NCBI GenBank assembly: GCA_051362555.1
Contig: CM120643.1
Span: 6,882,001-6,946,000 of the forward strand
Source of the DNA: Lingula anatina
Taxonomy: Eukaryota > Animalia > Brachiopoda
Direction of reading: 5' to 3'
DNA: 64,000 bases
Both the position numbers and the translations under genes were made by a program. Positions 40,136-53,000 of this stretch are shown one piece after another. Under the pieces are notes generated by a model, which was not told the DNA's origin, did no database searches, and saw only the letters and a program-made list of their open reading frames with translations. The number at the start of each line of letters is the position of its first letter. The first letter of the stretch is position 1.

Positions 40136-40655
40136 TATGAAATATTCAAATAAGCATTTACCATTATTGATCTCCATGTTAAAATGTAAAAATTAATTAT
40201 TTTTTTCAATTATTATTCTATATACAGTGAATGGTTCATGTGAAAAAGCCAACTTGAACATTATTTTCCCAGAACAACAATTGTATTAAATGCATTTGAA
40301 GGTTTCAATTATAAAATATGTAAATTTTACATGAAGATTGTTTTTTCATATGTTAATGCCAAATTTGAGCAACTACAATGCACAAATTTTTACATAAATA
40401 AAATTATAAAACCATATATTTTATTGTTCTTGTCCATATATAAATTACTGACAAGGCAAAAAAAGAAGAACAAATGCAAATACATTGATACATTTTAAAA
40501 ATGTTACAACAGCATTTGTCTTACAAAGTTGTGTGTAATAAAATTGACTACATTACATGCCGTGGGGAATCAATAAATAATAATTGACCAGTAGTGGGTA
40601 ATGCATAATTCTTAACTGTCCAAGAGAGGTATAAGGTTTCTGAATGGGATGAGGT

Positions 40656-42624
40656 TCAATTGTTGAAAACATTCCTGATGAGATATTCTCTGGTCTCGTG
40701 GCCAGTTCTGAGCATTGGTCCCACAAATGCATCATTGTTCACAATATCATTCCTGTCATCATCTGCATCATCTTCCACTGGTGGCATTGGGATGTTATAC
40801 ATTTGACAGAAATTATGAAGTATACAACACACCATAATTATTTTGCCAGCCCATTCAGGATTGTACATGAGAGTCCCTCCACTTCTATGAAGACACCTAA
40901 AGGAATTGGTGTTTGCAATAGGTGAAATTATAGCAATTATAATAAAGCATACAAAGGTGTTTCAAATTGCAACAAATTTGCTGGGCTTATTCCTTAATTT
41001 AAAAGTAATATTTTTATGTCATCAGAAGTATTCTATTTATTCTGCATTCTATTTTTTTTATTTAAATATTCTTAAATCTCACTGCACATTTTATTTTTGA
41101 AATAACCATCATATATGAAAGTATATGCTCCAACCATTAACAATAAAGGTTAAAAACAAACAATTTTTAAATATTTTAAATAACCAATTTTATTAAATAT
41201 TTAGTACCTGAAACGAGATTTTGTAACACCAAAACACTGTTCTATACAGCTTCTGGTCTTCATATGGGAAGCATTGTATCTCTCCTCTGCCCTACTTGCT
41301 GGGTTGCCCTTTGGTGTCATCAAAAAGGGAGATAGGGCATAGCCACTATCCCCCAGCAAATAGCCCTGCGGCATATCTCCACTTAACAGCTTTTCAAATA
41401 GCATGCTGTTGTTGAAAACAAATGAGTCATGGGCACTCCCTGGCCATCTTGCTACAACATTGGTAAATCTGAAATAATTGGAAAAAAAATCACAACACTG
41501 AAAAGTACTTGGTATGTGCTAATGGCATGACGTGATGAAATGCTAAATTAAATAAAAAATTAATTATTTTTATAACATCCATAAATCATATTGTATTGAT
41601 CAATTTCTCAGCCTACTGTAATAAAAACAAAATTAGTAGTTAATACCACTTTGTTCTTATACGTAATGATGGTACTGTAGTGGGGGATTTAGAGGGGGGC
41701 AGGGGTCTCCCCCCCCCCCCCCGGCCCCCTATTGAAATTAAAATTTTGACTAGCTGATTCATAGTTATAAATCATATGGCATCGTTTGGCATATGAAATA
41801 CCAAACATTTTATGGCCCCTTTACTGAGCCCCGAACAGCACGCCAAGTTGGGGGGGGGGGGGGGGGGGGGTAGGGGGGTCAGCTTTGCACCCGAGGACCT
41901 CCCTAAAAATAATCTACCCCTGCATCTAAATGTTCGAGAATAATATCTAACATTCTCCTTTATTTAGCATAATTAGTCATCGTCATTATAACTAAATAAA
42001 GTGATTGCGACAGTTGTGATTGCGATAGTAGCGTATGTGTAAAATGTAAACAATATAACGAAAGTAGCGCACTTTCCTTAGTGTAGAATCACACACGGCT
42101 TGTACATTCAGAGCATGATAGCCCTTTCGGCAAACATATAAATTTTCATCTCTATGTGGCGCTGCTATGGGAACTAATGTTCCGTCTATCGCCCCAATGA
42201 CATTTGGGAATCCGTCGATTAGGTGAAAGCCACCCTTCACGGCTCTGACCTCGGCTTGTGTTGTGGGGAATCTGATGGTGAGGGCAGGGTCTCTGCTCTC
42301 TAAGATGGCTCCCACCACATTGTGGACTGAACGGGACACAGAGGCAGCAGATATCCCTAGGCTGTCGCCTATCACAGCCTGAAAACTACCGGTCGCAAGC
42401 ACGCCAAGGCAGGCAAGAACTTGTGTGGTGGGGGAGAGTGCTTGGGACCTTGCTGTTTTACGCCGCAGCTGGCCTTCAATCTTCTCCGTCAGCAACCTAA
42501 TGCCCCTCTTCGACAGCCTGTACCTCCTCAGTACTCCCCTCTCTGTCTGCTCTTCTAAGACATCACGCCGCGGCATGTAAATCCGCCTACTTTCGTTTCG
42601 CACGACAAGAAAAGCTGCAGCCAT
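40656..42624 (-). CDS. HARBI1-like Harbinger transposase of E3, 3 exons, ~349 aa, intron-1 donor GA instead of GT
   Basis: Exons 42624-42077, 41468-41208, 40896-40656 (1050 nt). Motifs RRYRLS, GFPNVIGAIDGTLVPI, YVCRKGYHALNVQAVCD, RWPGSAHDS, LLGDSGY, TRSCIEQCFGVTKSRFRCL, CCILHN. The in-frame junction requires AG|gaaagt at 42076. Confidence 0.9.
41678..41922. mobile_element. YAGTGG-type MITE in intron 1 of the E3 transposase; related fragments at 19567, 55906, 59064, 61876
   Basis: Termini tagtgggggattta / taatctacccctg; internal ttgaaatta.aattttgactagctga.tcatagtt shared with 61970-62010 and, inverted, with 56060-56085. Confidence 0.75.
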
Positions 42625-42819
42625 TGCGCTAGGTGAACGCCAAGTTACGCATGCGCAAAGACTTAGCGACAGGGTCGGAGCTGTACCAAATATCTTGCGT
42701 AAATAGCGCATTATTTTGCGCAATATTACATTGCGAAACGTTCGTGAAAGGGTCTGTTCGCAAAAAAGGACTTTGCGCAATTGCGCAAACTGCGAAACGT
42801 TTCGTGAAAGCCGGCCCAG

Positions 42820-45800
42820 GAGCCACCGGCTCATTTGACGGTTATTTTGGAAAATATTAGATTTGGCCTCGTTTTTAAAACGTGGAGTGGTAACCCAAAG
42901 AAAATTTGGCGGGAGACGAAGGCATAGAGACAGGTAAGTTGTACATGTGTTTGTGCAATGAACAGTTGATTTAAATACTAATGCATTTGACAGGACAATA
43001 CAGTATATGCTTAAGTTACATTTTATACACCGAAGAAGTGTTCGTGTATCGATTTCACTGAGTATTCTCTAAAGTTACTGGCGAATAGCAAAATGGCGGC
43101 ACACAAAACGTCATTGTAAACATTGACTTTTGAACTGTGCCAAATGCAGCTTAAGGGTTTTTTTCTTTATCTGTTCCTGTTTTTTCATAGTTTGGCAATA
43201 TTTTTTGAACATCTAAAATTTTAAAGATGTGCGATGGCCTGTAATTTGTAGAATTTCAACATTTCCAACAAGCTGTATATTCACCGTGCCGGGTACCTAT
43301 CATTTAGTTGATCGAGTGATGGCAGTGGCGTTCTGGTCTCATGTATGGAATGAATGTCACCGTATAAGTGAAATGTTTGAATCTTGGCTTCTCATGCAAT
43401 TTCTTCTTGTTTTAATGTGAAAAAGATGAAGTGGATTGCGAAATGACATTGTCATCCAACCTGCATACACGTATACGTATATATGCATATGGTGGTGTAC
43501 CAGTACTTGTTTGCAAAGCGGTGGGGAGGGGGGGGGTGCATTGGTACCAGTAGTTGTGAAAGATTCAGTATTGTACACTAACCATAGGCATGTTTTAAAA
43601 TATATGAATCTTAAATTATGTCTTTAAACATGTTTTCTTTTTTGCTGGGGGCGGGGGGTTAAATGTATTGTGTTAATTTTTTTAGAAAAAAACATGTAAA
43701 CACAAAATAAGTTTTATTGCATTGGTTGGGGGTTTTGAGGAGAAGAATGTCATAAAAATGCAAGTTTAAAAAAGGTGAATAATATATGTATGTGTGTATG
43801 TACATTAAAGGAAACAGGCTCTTCAATGATGAGGGCATATGATAGTGATGTGGTGCTCTGACTTGCATGTGTTTTCTAATATTTTCATGCCTTGAATCAA
43901 ATTGGGTTTTTAATTGATGATGGGTGTGCAACTTTGCCCAAAGTTCAGTTTCAAATGATTTTTGTTTATAACTACTATTATGAATTAAGTATAAATAGTG
44001 CAGTTTAAGGTAAAGATTGATTGTAAATACAGTGCTGTTTAAGATTGATTGTTACAGTTTACCTATTACAAAGATTGCAATAAATTATTATTAATTTCAG
44101 TGTGTATGTGTGTGAGCAATTGATAAATGTAGTTAGAATTTTTTAATGATATTCTATTGAAAACTCTATTATTTTTTCTAGGCTTGAATAGCATGAATGG
44201 GACCAGGATTATTCCTTTTGCCATGCCTTGACCTGCAATTATCATAACAAAAGCACCCATCATTTCCAAATGCTGTGTGGCAATGAACACCACAACCTCT
44301 GGGATACTTCTAAGAGATGCAAAAATATATTTTTGAGCTATGCTGTTGCTTATATTAATAGTTATTGGTTATCAGTATATAGAAATGCAGTTTGTGAAAT
44401 CATTTTAGGTTTTAACCACATGAAGTTAGTTAAAAGTGTATGTGCAACTAAGTTAACAATACATTGTTATTTTTACTGTGCAGGTTTTTTTTATATATGT
44501 GTAGCTTACAGATAATATCAACTTATCAGAATACATGTAAAACAAGTTTATTCAAATGCAAATATGGATTGGTACCTGGTATCAGTGAAAGAAAATTAAT
44601 ATGACAACTTTGGGAAAATTTATGAAATTATATTATTTGTAAAAATTGAACCGGTCCACTTTGTAAAGGGGAATTGTGTGTTAGATGGTTAAATATATAT
44701 AAATATATACCAATCAAGTAAGGTAGCATTAAATTATCACCTACTGGGTAATTAATGTACAATGTAATGTAAAATAACAATTTTGCAACGTACATGTCTC
44801 ACTGGTAAAATATTTCAGACTAGTTGAATTTTATGTAAAATTAAAATATAACAATGTGAATAAATATAAATTGTCTTTCATTTGTTATTTTTCATATTGA
44901 ATGAAAGGAATACCCTCATCAGTTGGCCTCAGGTAATAAAACGGTTTATTTACAATGAAAAAAATGTTAAAATTCATTTGTATTAGCACCGTGGTAAGTG
45001 CCAAGAAAAAAATTATTACTCAGTTGCTCTATATAAGTAATACTGTGTGAAGGAAAAACTAAAACGAGACTGAAGTCCATGAGGAAGCACTAAGTCAAAG
45101 CGAGGCTTATATGCGGATATTGTAAGTGAGCGTTTTCAGGCTGACATGGCCGTGAATTGATTTGTGCCATTCACAGCTTAAGGCAAAGTTCTTTACATGC
45201 TTACATTGACAGAAAGCTGAATAAATTTGCCACAACTTACTGGTAATTAAAAGTTGCGCGGAGGCCTCTATAGATACAAAGATCACAGTTAAAGATGAAC
45301 TTCCGTTATAGCTTTCGTAAATTTTCGATTTCAAACTGTTTTTTTAACACTAAATAGGCTCTAGATCAACTCGTGGTGCATCTCACATTATTCGAAATTT
45401 ATTTCTCAATATGTCAATGTATGTAATGTGTCCCTGAGTACGTTCATAGCCGAGATATTGCATCGTTTCTGACACCCTATAAATCTCTAAAACTTTAGCC
45501 GATTCAAAAATGTAAGACTTCCGGTTTGTTTAAAAGCCACCTAGCGGCAGACCAGTGGCTCCCGGGCTGTTTAGTTCGTGGATTTGTAGAGCTATGGCTC
45601 AACTCGTTGACTGCATTCTCAACGAATTGAGCCAGGCTTTACAAATCCTGAGAATGAATCGACTATCTACGGAGATAATATCACCAGAGATATTCACGGA
45701 TATGTTCGGAGCCGAGATTTAATTACTGTACTCCGCAGGGACGACGTGTGGGGAGGTGTGTGAGAGGCGGAGAGACTATTAAAAGATTAGGCGGTTTTTC

Positions 45801-45886
45801 TTTCATGTACGTCCGCTATTTTTAGTTCTCAGTATTTGTAAAGTCTGGCTCAATTCGTTGAGAATGCGGCCGTTGTGAATGCGGTC
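42820..45886. mobile_element. Probable non-autonomous Harbinger-related element (E2); right TIR ends 45886, left TIR remnant at 37538-37545 + 42820-42829
   Basis: Removing the MITE restores ...tttagttcgtggatttgtagagctatggctcaactcgttgtgaatgcggtc, a relative of the MITE TIR. The adjacent 18 bp (45552-45569) match the E3 empty site in inverted orientation (16/18). No ORF recognised inside. Confidence 0.55.
45609..45871. mobile_element. 263-bp Harbinger-type MITE derived from the E1 family
   Basis: 46-bp TIRs (45609-45654, 45826-45871; 4 mismatches), 3-bp TSD GTT (45606-45608 / 45872-45874); interior matches E1 37198-37251 (inverted) and 37422-37530 (direct). Confidence 0.88.
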
Positions 45887-46492
45887 ATACTCACACATAG
45901 TAGGCCTACCCTACCATACCATTATGGGGATCCCACCCATCCAGCAAGCTCTCTTTTTAAATTCTTACCCAGTAATAGTAGACTGTTGACTTTAAAGGAC
46001 AGTAAACGGTTTTAAGTAGTTTTTTTTCTCTACAGTATTAAATATTAATTCCACTTTTAGGCTTAATTCATAAATATTTTAATGGCCAGTGTTTTAGTTT
46101 AGAATATCGGCACATGAATCAATAAAATACCAAACAACTTTCATGGAAAATAAACTGAAATTAAATCTGGAGACTCCTTTATCTATTAGCATTTCGAATT
46201 TACATCTCGGCACGTTCGTCTTCATCACCATCATACTTCCGTCGCAGTCCGAAGCGCGAAATTCAAACAGTGCATATCAAAACCGTAAATAGGAGTCCTT
46301 ACGTCGCGCTAGAGGACGGGTTTTATTAAGGCATTTTTGTTAGCGGTATTGTCATTAATTTAGAGAATCGTGAACAAATCTGGATGACTCTATCTATAAA
46401 AAAGCAATTGTTACCTAAAAATCATATACAAGAAAAAATAATGAAAAAAACGAATGCAGAATAATTTTTAAATTAAAAATGGAATCTGAATA

Positions 46493-46655
46493 ACAAATAC
46501 AACTTCAAGCAAATGAAATTGAATATAGAAAATCAAACTCATGATTTTGACTTATGTATTACATTACAATTTATTTTAAAACAATATCGGTACCTTGTCA
46601 ATGCATGGAAGGACTGCGTGATAACGGCATACACCCTCCCCTACACATACACTAA

Positions 46656-46691
<36 letters not shown>

Positions 46692-48047
46692 GCGCGATAA
46701 TGGGGGGGGGGGGGGGGAGCCAATTAAATCAAATGCCTTTTCCCCGTTGCCAACGCTCTCAAATCAGGTCTTTTATCTAAAAAATGTTTTATTGTATAAA
46801 ATACAACGTATATAATTCCACAGACTTCGGTCGAATGATGTAGCTGTGGGCATGAACCCAAAATATGATATAGCACTATCAACAATGAAATGTATTTTCT
46901 TAAAAAAAGAACTGTCACATTAGGATTAACCCAGCCCCCCCCCCCCCCCCCACCACCACCACCACTACCACCACCAATACGCCCCCTTTCTATTGATACT
47001 ATACAAACTCAGCGTGTGTAGGAGTGTGAAAACTATGTGAAAGTAGGTCAAAAGTTCACGGATAGGATATGCCATGTAAAAGGTTCTTAGGGGAGTTTGG
47101 TCATCTCCTTTTGCTTTTCTTTTTTTTTCTGCCAATTTTGAGAAGAAATGTCAGTGTCTTTCATTCCACTTAGTAAATATAAATGCAGATAAGCCAATTT
47201 TCTTTCCTTTATTATTCGTCAGATGTAATAAAATACAACATTTCCTTAAAAACCTTTACCCCCTTTTGTGAATGCAATGCGTCGTCTGCAGAGCTCAGCG
47301 TCTGCCACCACGCTGGATGATTCTCGCTTCCCGGGAGCTGAACAGTTAATGCGGTCTGAAAATTTTTAGGGAGAGTCAGATGAAATAGAGAGGGACCGTG
47401 GCATTTACAAAGTTTTACATGGTGAAGCTGGAGTTTTGGGCTAGTTTTACTCGTTTATTTAAAAATTCGCAATATACTCTATCTTTCAGTAACTATATGA
47501 TACCAAAATATTTTTCTGGCATCTTGATACATTTTCCCCTTCTGCCTCCCCCTAAAATGGTCCACACTAAAAAATCAATAATCGTATGGCAATTTTATAC
47601 AGGCAATTGACCTACTTTTATACCCATGCAGCTATTGTCGAGTTTTATGGCTATGGAGTGAAAACGTGATACACGTCTGTGATATAAAAGTTATTTCTAA
47701 TTACATTATTTACAAACTGTGCGTGTGGATCAAAAACGGTCCGATTCTTTAGCAAAAGGGTAAAATCACTTTTTGAAAACAATGAAAAAATTGGAGATGG
47801 GTCAAATCAGAAAAAAAAATGCATTTTTTCTCTTATATGCAAATTAGGTCCCCTGAAGTAATATATGACTGGCCGGAAGTGATGTTCACATCAGAGATTT
47901 GTAATGGTGATTATCTTAATGGTGATTAAAAAAATCTTACCAAAGTTTTCAGCTGTCGTCTGGAGAGAAAGAAATTTTCTGCAATAACACAATCATTCCA
48001 CGAGCGAAGAATATATATAGTGCACCTGCCTCAGAGATGAGCTGCAG
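46493..48047. repeat. Duplicated non-coding block, copy 2
   Basis: Colinear with 15495-17205, same orientation. Confidence 0.92.
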
Positions 48048-49132
48048 TACAGCAAGTTGAAGGAGCTTTATGACAGATCTTTTATATTTTTTTTTACCAG
48101 TACCAACTCCATTTAAAATGGCTTTTGTAAATTATATATGAGTTACCATTGAGAAAGGAAAATGCCTTCGATAATTGTTACTAAGGTCAGATGAAAATAC
48201 CAGTACGACTTTTGATTTCCAGTTAATGTGAACAGTGATCTTGATCACTGATGTAAACATGTTAATGACATAATTTTTTTTTTAATTGAAATGCAATAAA
48301 GTACTGTATAGGACTAGAAATTGTATTGTTGTAATAAAAAATGCAGATGCTTTACAGTGGGCAACAGAAGGGATTGGGTTTTGATTATACTGTATGATAT
48401 AAAATATCTGATGAAGAAATGTTAAGATAGAACTTTCTGAATGAATGTGTAAGTTGATAATAACATAATAAGGGAAAAGCATAGAATATGTTTTAGTCTG
48501 TTTATTAAATTGTTTTACCAAGTGGTTTCATCTAGGAATTCAATAGCTTGGCTCCTTTTTTAAAAAAAGATTGGTTTTTATCAAATTCAAAATATCTTAA
48601 ACCTAAACAAGCATAATTTGCCCTGATTATCCATGAAACCATCTTCTTTTTCAAACTAGTATTCAATATTTTTAAATATTAAAAAAAAACTTGAACACAA
48701 GGGTGAGTAAAATGAAAAGGAAATTCAGAAAATACACAAGGTAGATTTATTATCACAGATCAATGAAGTTATCTAAAAATGTCTATTTAAAAGTAAATGA
48801 GATCATTAATGGCAGTATTTATTTAAAAAAAAAAGGAACGAGATTCTGGTCACGTTTTTTTTTTTTTTTGCACTGTTGCAATGTATTAAATAGTAAGGCA
48901 GTGTATATGTCTATATAAAAACACTTCTGATCCATAAGAAATTTAAAAGGACAAAGTTCAATACAAAATATTTTCCTGATTTTTAATATTTTTTCTTTAA
49001 ATCATAAAGATAGCATAGTTCTGCAATGGGGGTATGAGGCTTCTATGAGTCTGTTTGATAAAAGTTCTTGCACTATTTTTGGAATTATATCACTTAGTAA
49101 AAGGTTCCACTGGCACCAGAGCACTGAGTTTT

Positions 49133-50011
49133 TTAAAACTTAACAAGCTGTGTCTTCTCCTGCCTGTGAGCATCCTCTCCAGCCTCATTTGATGAGAAAA
49201 GTAGGCAGTGAAGATACACACAAACTGCCTTCAGTGTCTGGAACACAAACAAGTCCTCCACCAGTGCCACTCCTACCAGAGCAGCCCAGTTGTACACAGC
49301 GCTGTCACTCAGCTCTCCGCCATACACAGTGCTGAGATATACTGCCACAGCCATGGAGACGCTCAGCAAAATGAATGCTGGATAGATCAAAAAGTGGGGC
49401 AACTTTCCGTCCTGCTTTCTGTTGACCATCATCTCCAGTGACTTCAGCTCAGTGTATGGCACCTCATCTGATGGTTCTGGAACATTTTGTGTGGAAATGA
49501 ATTATTGCCAAAAGTATGTGGAAGTTTAACTAAAAAATGATGCCGGCTAATATTACCCCTGTTTAACATCACAATCACTGTTTTAATTATAATAAGGGCA
49601 AGGAAGCTTATGTTGGAATCAATGCTCTAAATATCTTCAAAATGTAAGCTGAAGCTGGATAACATGAAAATGCATTATCCTTTTTTTATATATTCATTCT
49701 TTTTTAAAATAATTTACTGAAATGACAGACATTGATGATACCAAAATGGACAATTACCTTCCCAAATATTAACTGCTACATCATGTGCATTGCCTTTCCT
49801 CTTGCTGTTGTCTAAAATTGCATTTAACAAGGGATATGTAAAAGGAAATATAAAAAGTTATTTGTTTGAGCCATATATTGCTACTGTTGAACATTAATTA
49901 GGAAACAGTAAATGAAAATTTTAGGATGTTACATCTGTTCTACGCTATCAAAAAGGATTAAAAAACATCATCATATAGACATGTCTACAGCATAATATAA
50001 TGGCATACTAT

Positions 50012-50067
<56 letters not shown>

Positions 50068-53000
50068 TACCTGGGATGAGAAAACTTGGGTTGAAGTGAG
50101 CAATGAGACTGTAAAAAGATGCAACATCTGCATTTCTGAAGCTGGAAATCTTCCCAGCATGGGATTTTGGGATTTCTGCCTGCATCTCCTTTTGCATATT
50201 TGAGTTTAGCCTAGGGTTGTTAGGAGGAGGAGCATATGTGTAGCTGGGTGTTTTCTGAAATATTGAAAATCGTCCAATAATTGATTCTGCTGACTGGTAA
50301 ATATAGTCAAAATATTCCACAGATGGGGACATTTATTCTGGTGGTGGTTTGATGTTGCACAATAATACCTCAATATGAGTATAATGTCTTTTTATGTTCT
50401 GGTATATACATGTACATATGTGCTTGTAAGTCAAGCCAAATATGTTGTCAAACATAACAGAAATGATACAAGTGTCTGTTTTTAATTACAAGAAGGCAAT
50501 ACATGTATGTCTCAAAAGCAATCCATGATATCTGAACAGGCACATAAATGCATGCACAAACTAAAAATAGAAAAAAGAGTAATAAATACCCCTTTCTTGC
50601 TGTCCACATCTCCCATGGCAACCATATCTTCCTTGACAACCAAATTTTCCTTGGCAACCATTTCTTCAATCTGTGCCATAGCCTGGTGTTCAACAGTTGC
50701 ATGTGCCAAATCATAGCCCTTCTCAAAGTCATAAACCACCTGTTTCATCATGGTCTCCACACTTCCATGCACAACTTGTTGGAACCCATCACTGATTGTG
50801 CAACTGAAAAAAATATAAATCTTTCTTCAATCAAGAAATATAGTAAAAAAAATTAGTATTATTGGTAGAATAACACTCTGACTATAATTACTAACTCCAT
50901 TTACACACTCAGAACATGTGTCACATAAACAAGAAAATGTGAAATCATTATAATACTATTAATAGTCTACAAAATGAAACAAGTGTCCAGACCAATACAA
51001 GTTGTCAGAATCAGTCATGGCTATGAGCAAGACCTGTGGTCAACTCCCAAGCTAAAGACAAATTTAATTTTATTCTTATCTAACATAACCGTGAAATGAG
51101 GAGTCTTAAAATGAACACACAAAATAATTACATGTCATCATACTGGGGCTCATCTTCCAGGTTCTGCAGCACAGTGTCACCAGTGTCCTCTCTGTCATAG
51201 CACCTGATATTGTACATTGCTACATCATATATGCCATTCACAAGGAATGTTCCTATATTGACAAGGAGGCTGGAGAGGAAGATACCTCTATCAAGCTGAA
51301 TGACACCAACAGCACTGAGAAGGGTACTGGTAAGCAGCATGTTTGCAAACATGTAGTTCAAGGTGCTGTTAAACCACAGAAGGACAGGGGCCAGCTTCAA
51401 GCTGGAACAGCGTGTCCATCCATGACAGGACCACAAATACAGAAGGCAAGTTTGCAGTCCAAACCTGAAAAATATTTTATAAATTAAAAAATTTATATCA
51501 AATATCAAAGTATGTACATTTTACATGAAAATTGCATTCCATGTTGAAGAAAAACTGAATACTGCATTAAGAAATCAGAATATGTATCATTATTATTATT
51601 ATTATCTTTCATATTTTATTTGTCTATAACTTGTAAAAGCAGACATTTCAAAGTACATCATATGCTTATTCATCAATTGTGAGAAAGTCTCTAACTTACC
51701 TGGAGTTCTTACAAGACTCCAAAGTGGTGTATCCCACTGTGAGGCATCCATTCCTGCTGAAGTGGGATTCACAGCCAGATACTGTATCATATACTGTTAT
51801 ATCCAGCACATTCCTTCAATGAAAGAAAAATGATAATAAAAATTCACTCAAATTTCTTTATACAACACATTTAACAATCAATATTTCAAATAAATCTGGG
51901 CTTCCATCCAACTAAACTGAGAAGCTAGCTAACAGTTTTTTTTTTCAAAAATACATAAGAGTATGTTAAACTGGCATTGAACTCCATCTGAATGTGTAAA
52001 AATATCTACTATAAAAAAATAACATAACAATATGAATATAACTTAAACTACAGATGCATCCAAGGTATTCATGACACAAAACATATTTCAGAACAATGAC
52101 AAAAATAATCTTCATTTGATTTGCAGAACTTTCTTTATACAGGTCCAATAGTGTAAATATGTTTGTGATGTTCCAGTTTGTATTTTTAAAATTACCATTG
52201 AGCTCCTGGTCTATCACTGATGTACACCACAACCTTCTTCAGTTTTCCCAGGGACTCTGAGTTTACAATAAAAAAGATTCACTATAATGATTAAATGTTA
52301 GTGTGTTGTTTTAGAGTACAACATGCATCAAATACAACAGAGTTGTAGTTTAATTCTAAAAATAAATTTAGTTAATGCATAACAATACCATAAGAACCTT
52401 GGTGTTTAACAAATCACCAAGAATTCTTGCACTAACTCTCTCTGAACATGCTCTGCACTTAACTTTATGATAAAAAGTCAACATAACTGAGTTAACATTA
52501 TACTTTAAGTAATAGTAATCATATATAATATAGCCACTGACTGAGATGAACAGCAAACTGCGACCTGATGTTCCAGTTAAGACTGTACATGCTGAATTGA
52601 ATGTAATAAAGTAAATGGCAGTCAGCTGCTAATAATACTGTTGAATCAATATTTGCAGGAAAAGAAATTTATATGTGCTCCAAAATATTCAAGATACTCA
52701 CCTTTTGTATACAAAAGAAACCATTTCTTCTGTCCTACCCCAAGGAAATTGTGCTTCCTCCCATGTTCATTCAGATTATATTCAGGAGATACCCCCTGGT
52801 CTCCTATCAACTGCAATCTGACTTTGGGTGTCTTTACTGCTACAAAACAACATATTTCTATAGTTTGGAAAAAATTCAGTTAAACAACAACTTTAATAAT
52901 TATATACAACTGTAAGACTCTTCATTGGCCTATATCTCTATTTATATTTTTGTCATTTCAGTATTAAAATATATTAAAATATATTATTATTATTATTATT

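Larger units (their letters stand above)
37546..42816. mobile_element. Complete two-gene PIF/Harbinger transposon (element E3), 5271 bp
   Basis: TIRs GGCCGGCTTTCACGAAACGTTTCGCAG.TTGCGCA at both ends; 3-bp TSD CAG (37543-37545 / 42817-42819); convergent Myb/SANT and transposase genes. Confidence 0.96.

Noticed and set aside
50605-50665. X-box-like GTTGCCATGG / GTTGCCAAGG sites
   Set aside because: They lie in a coding exon and are explained by Val-Ala-Met/Lys codons.
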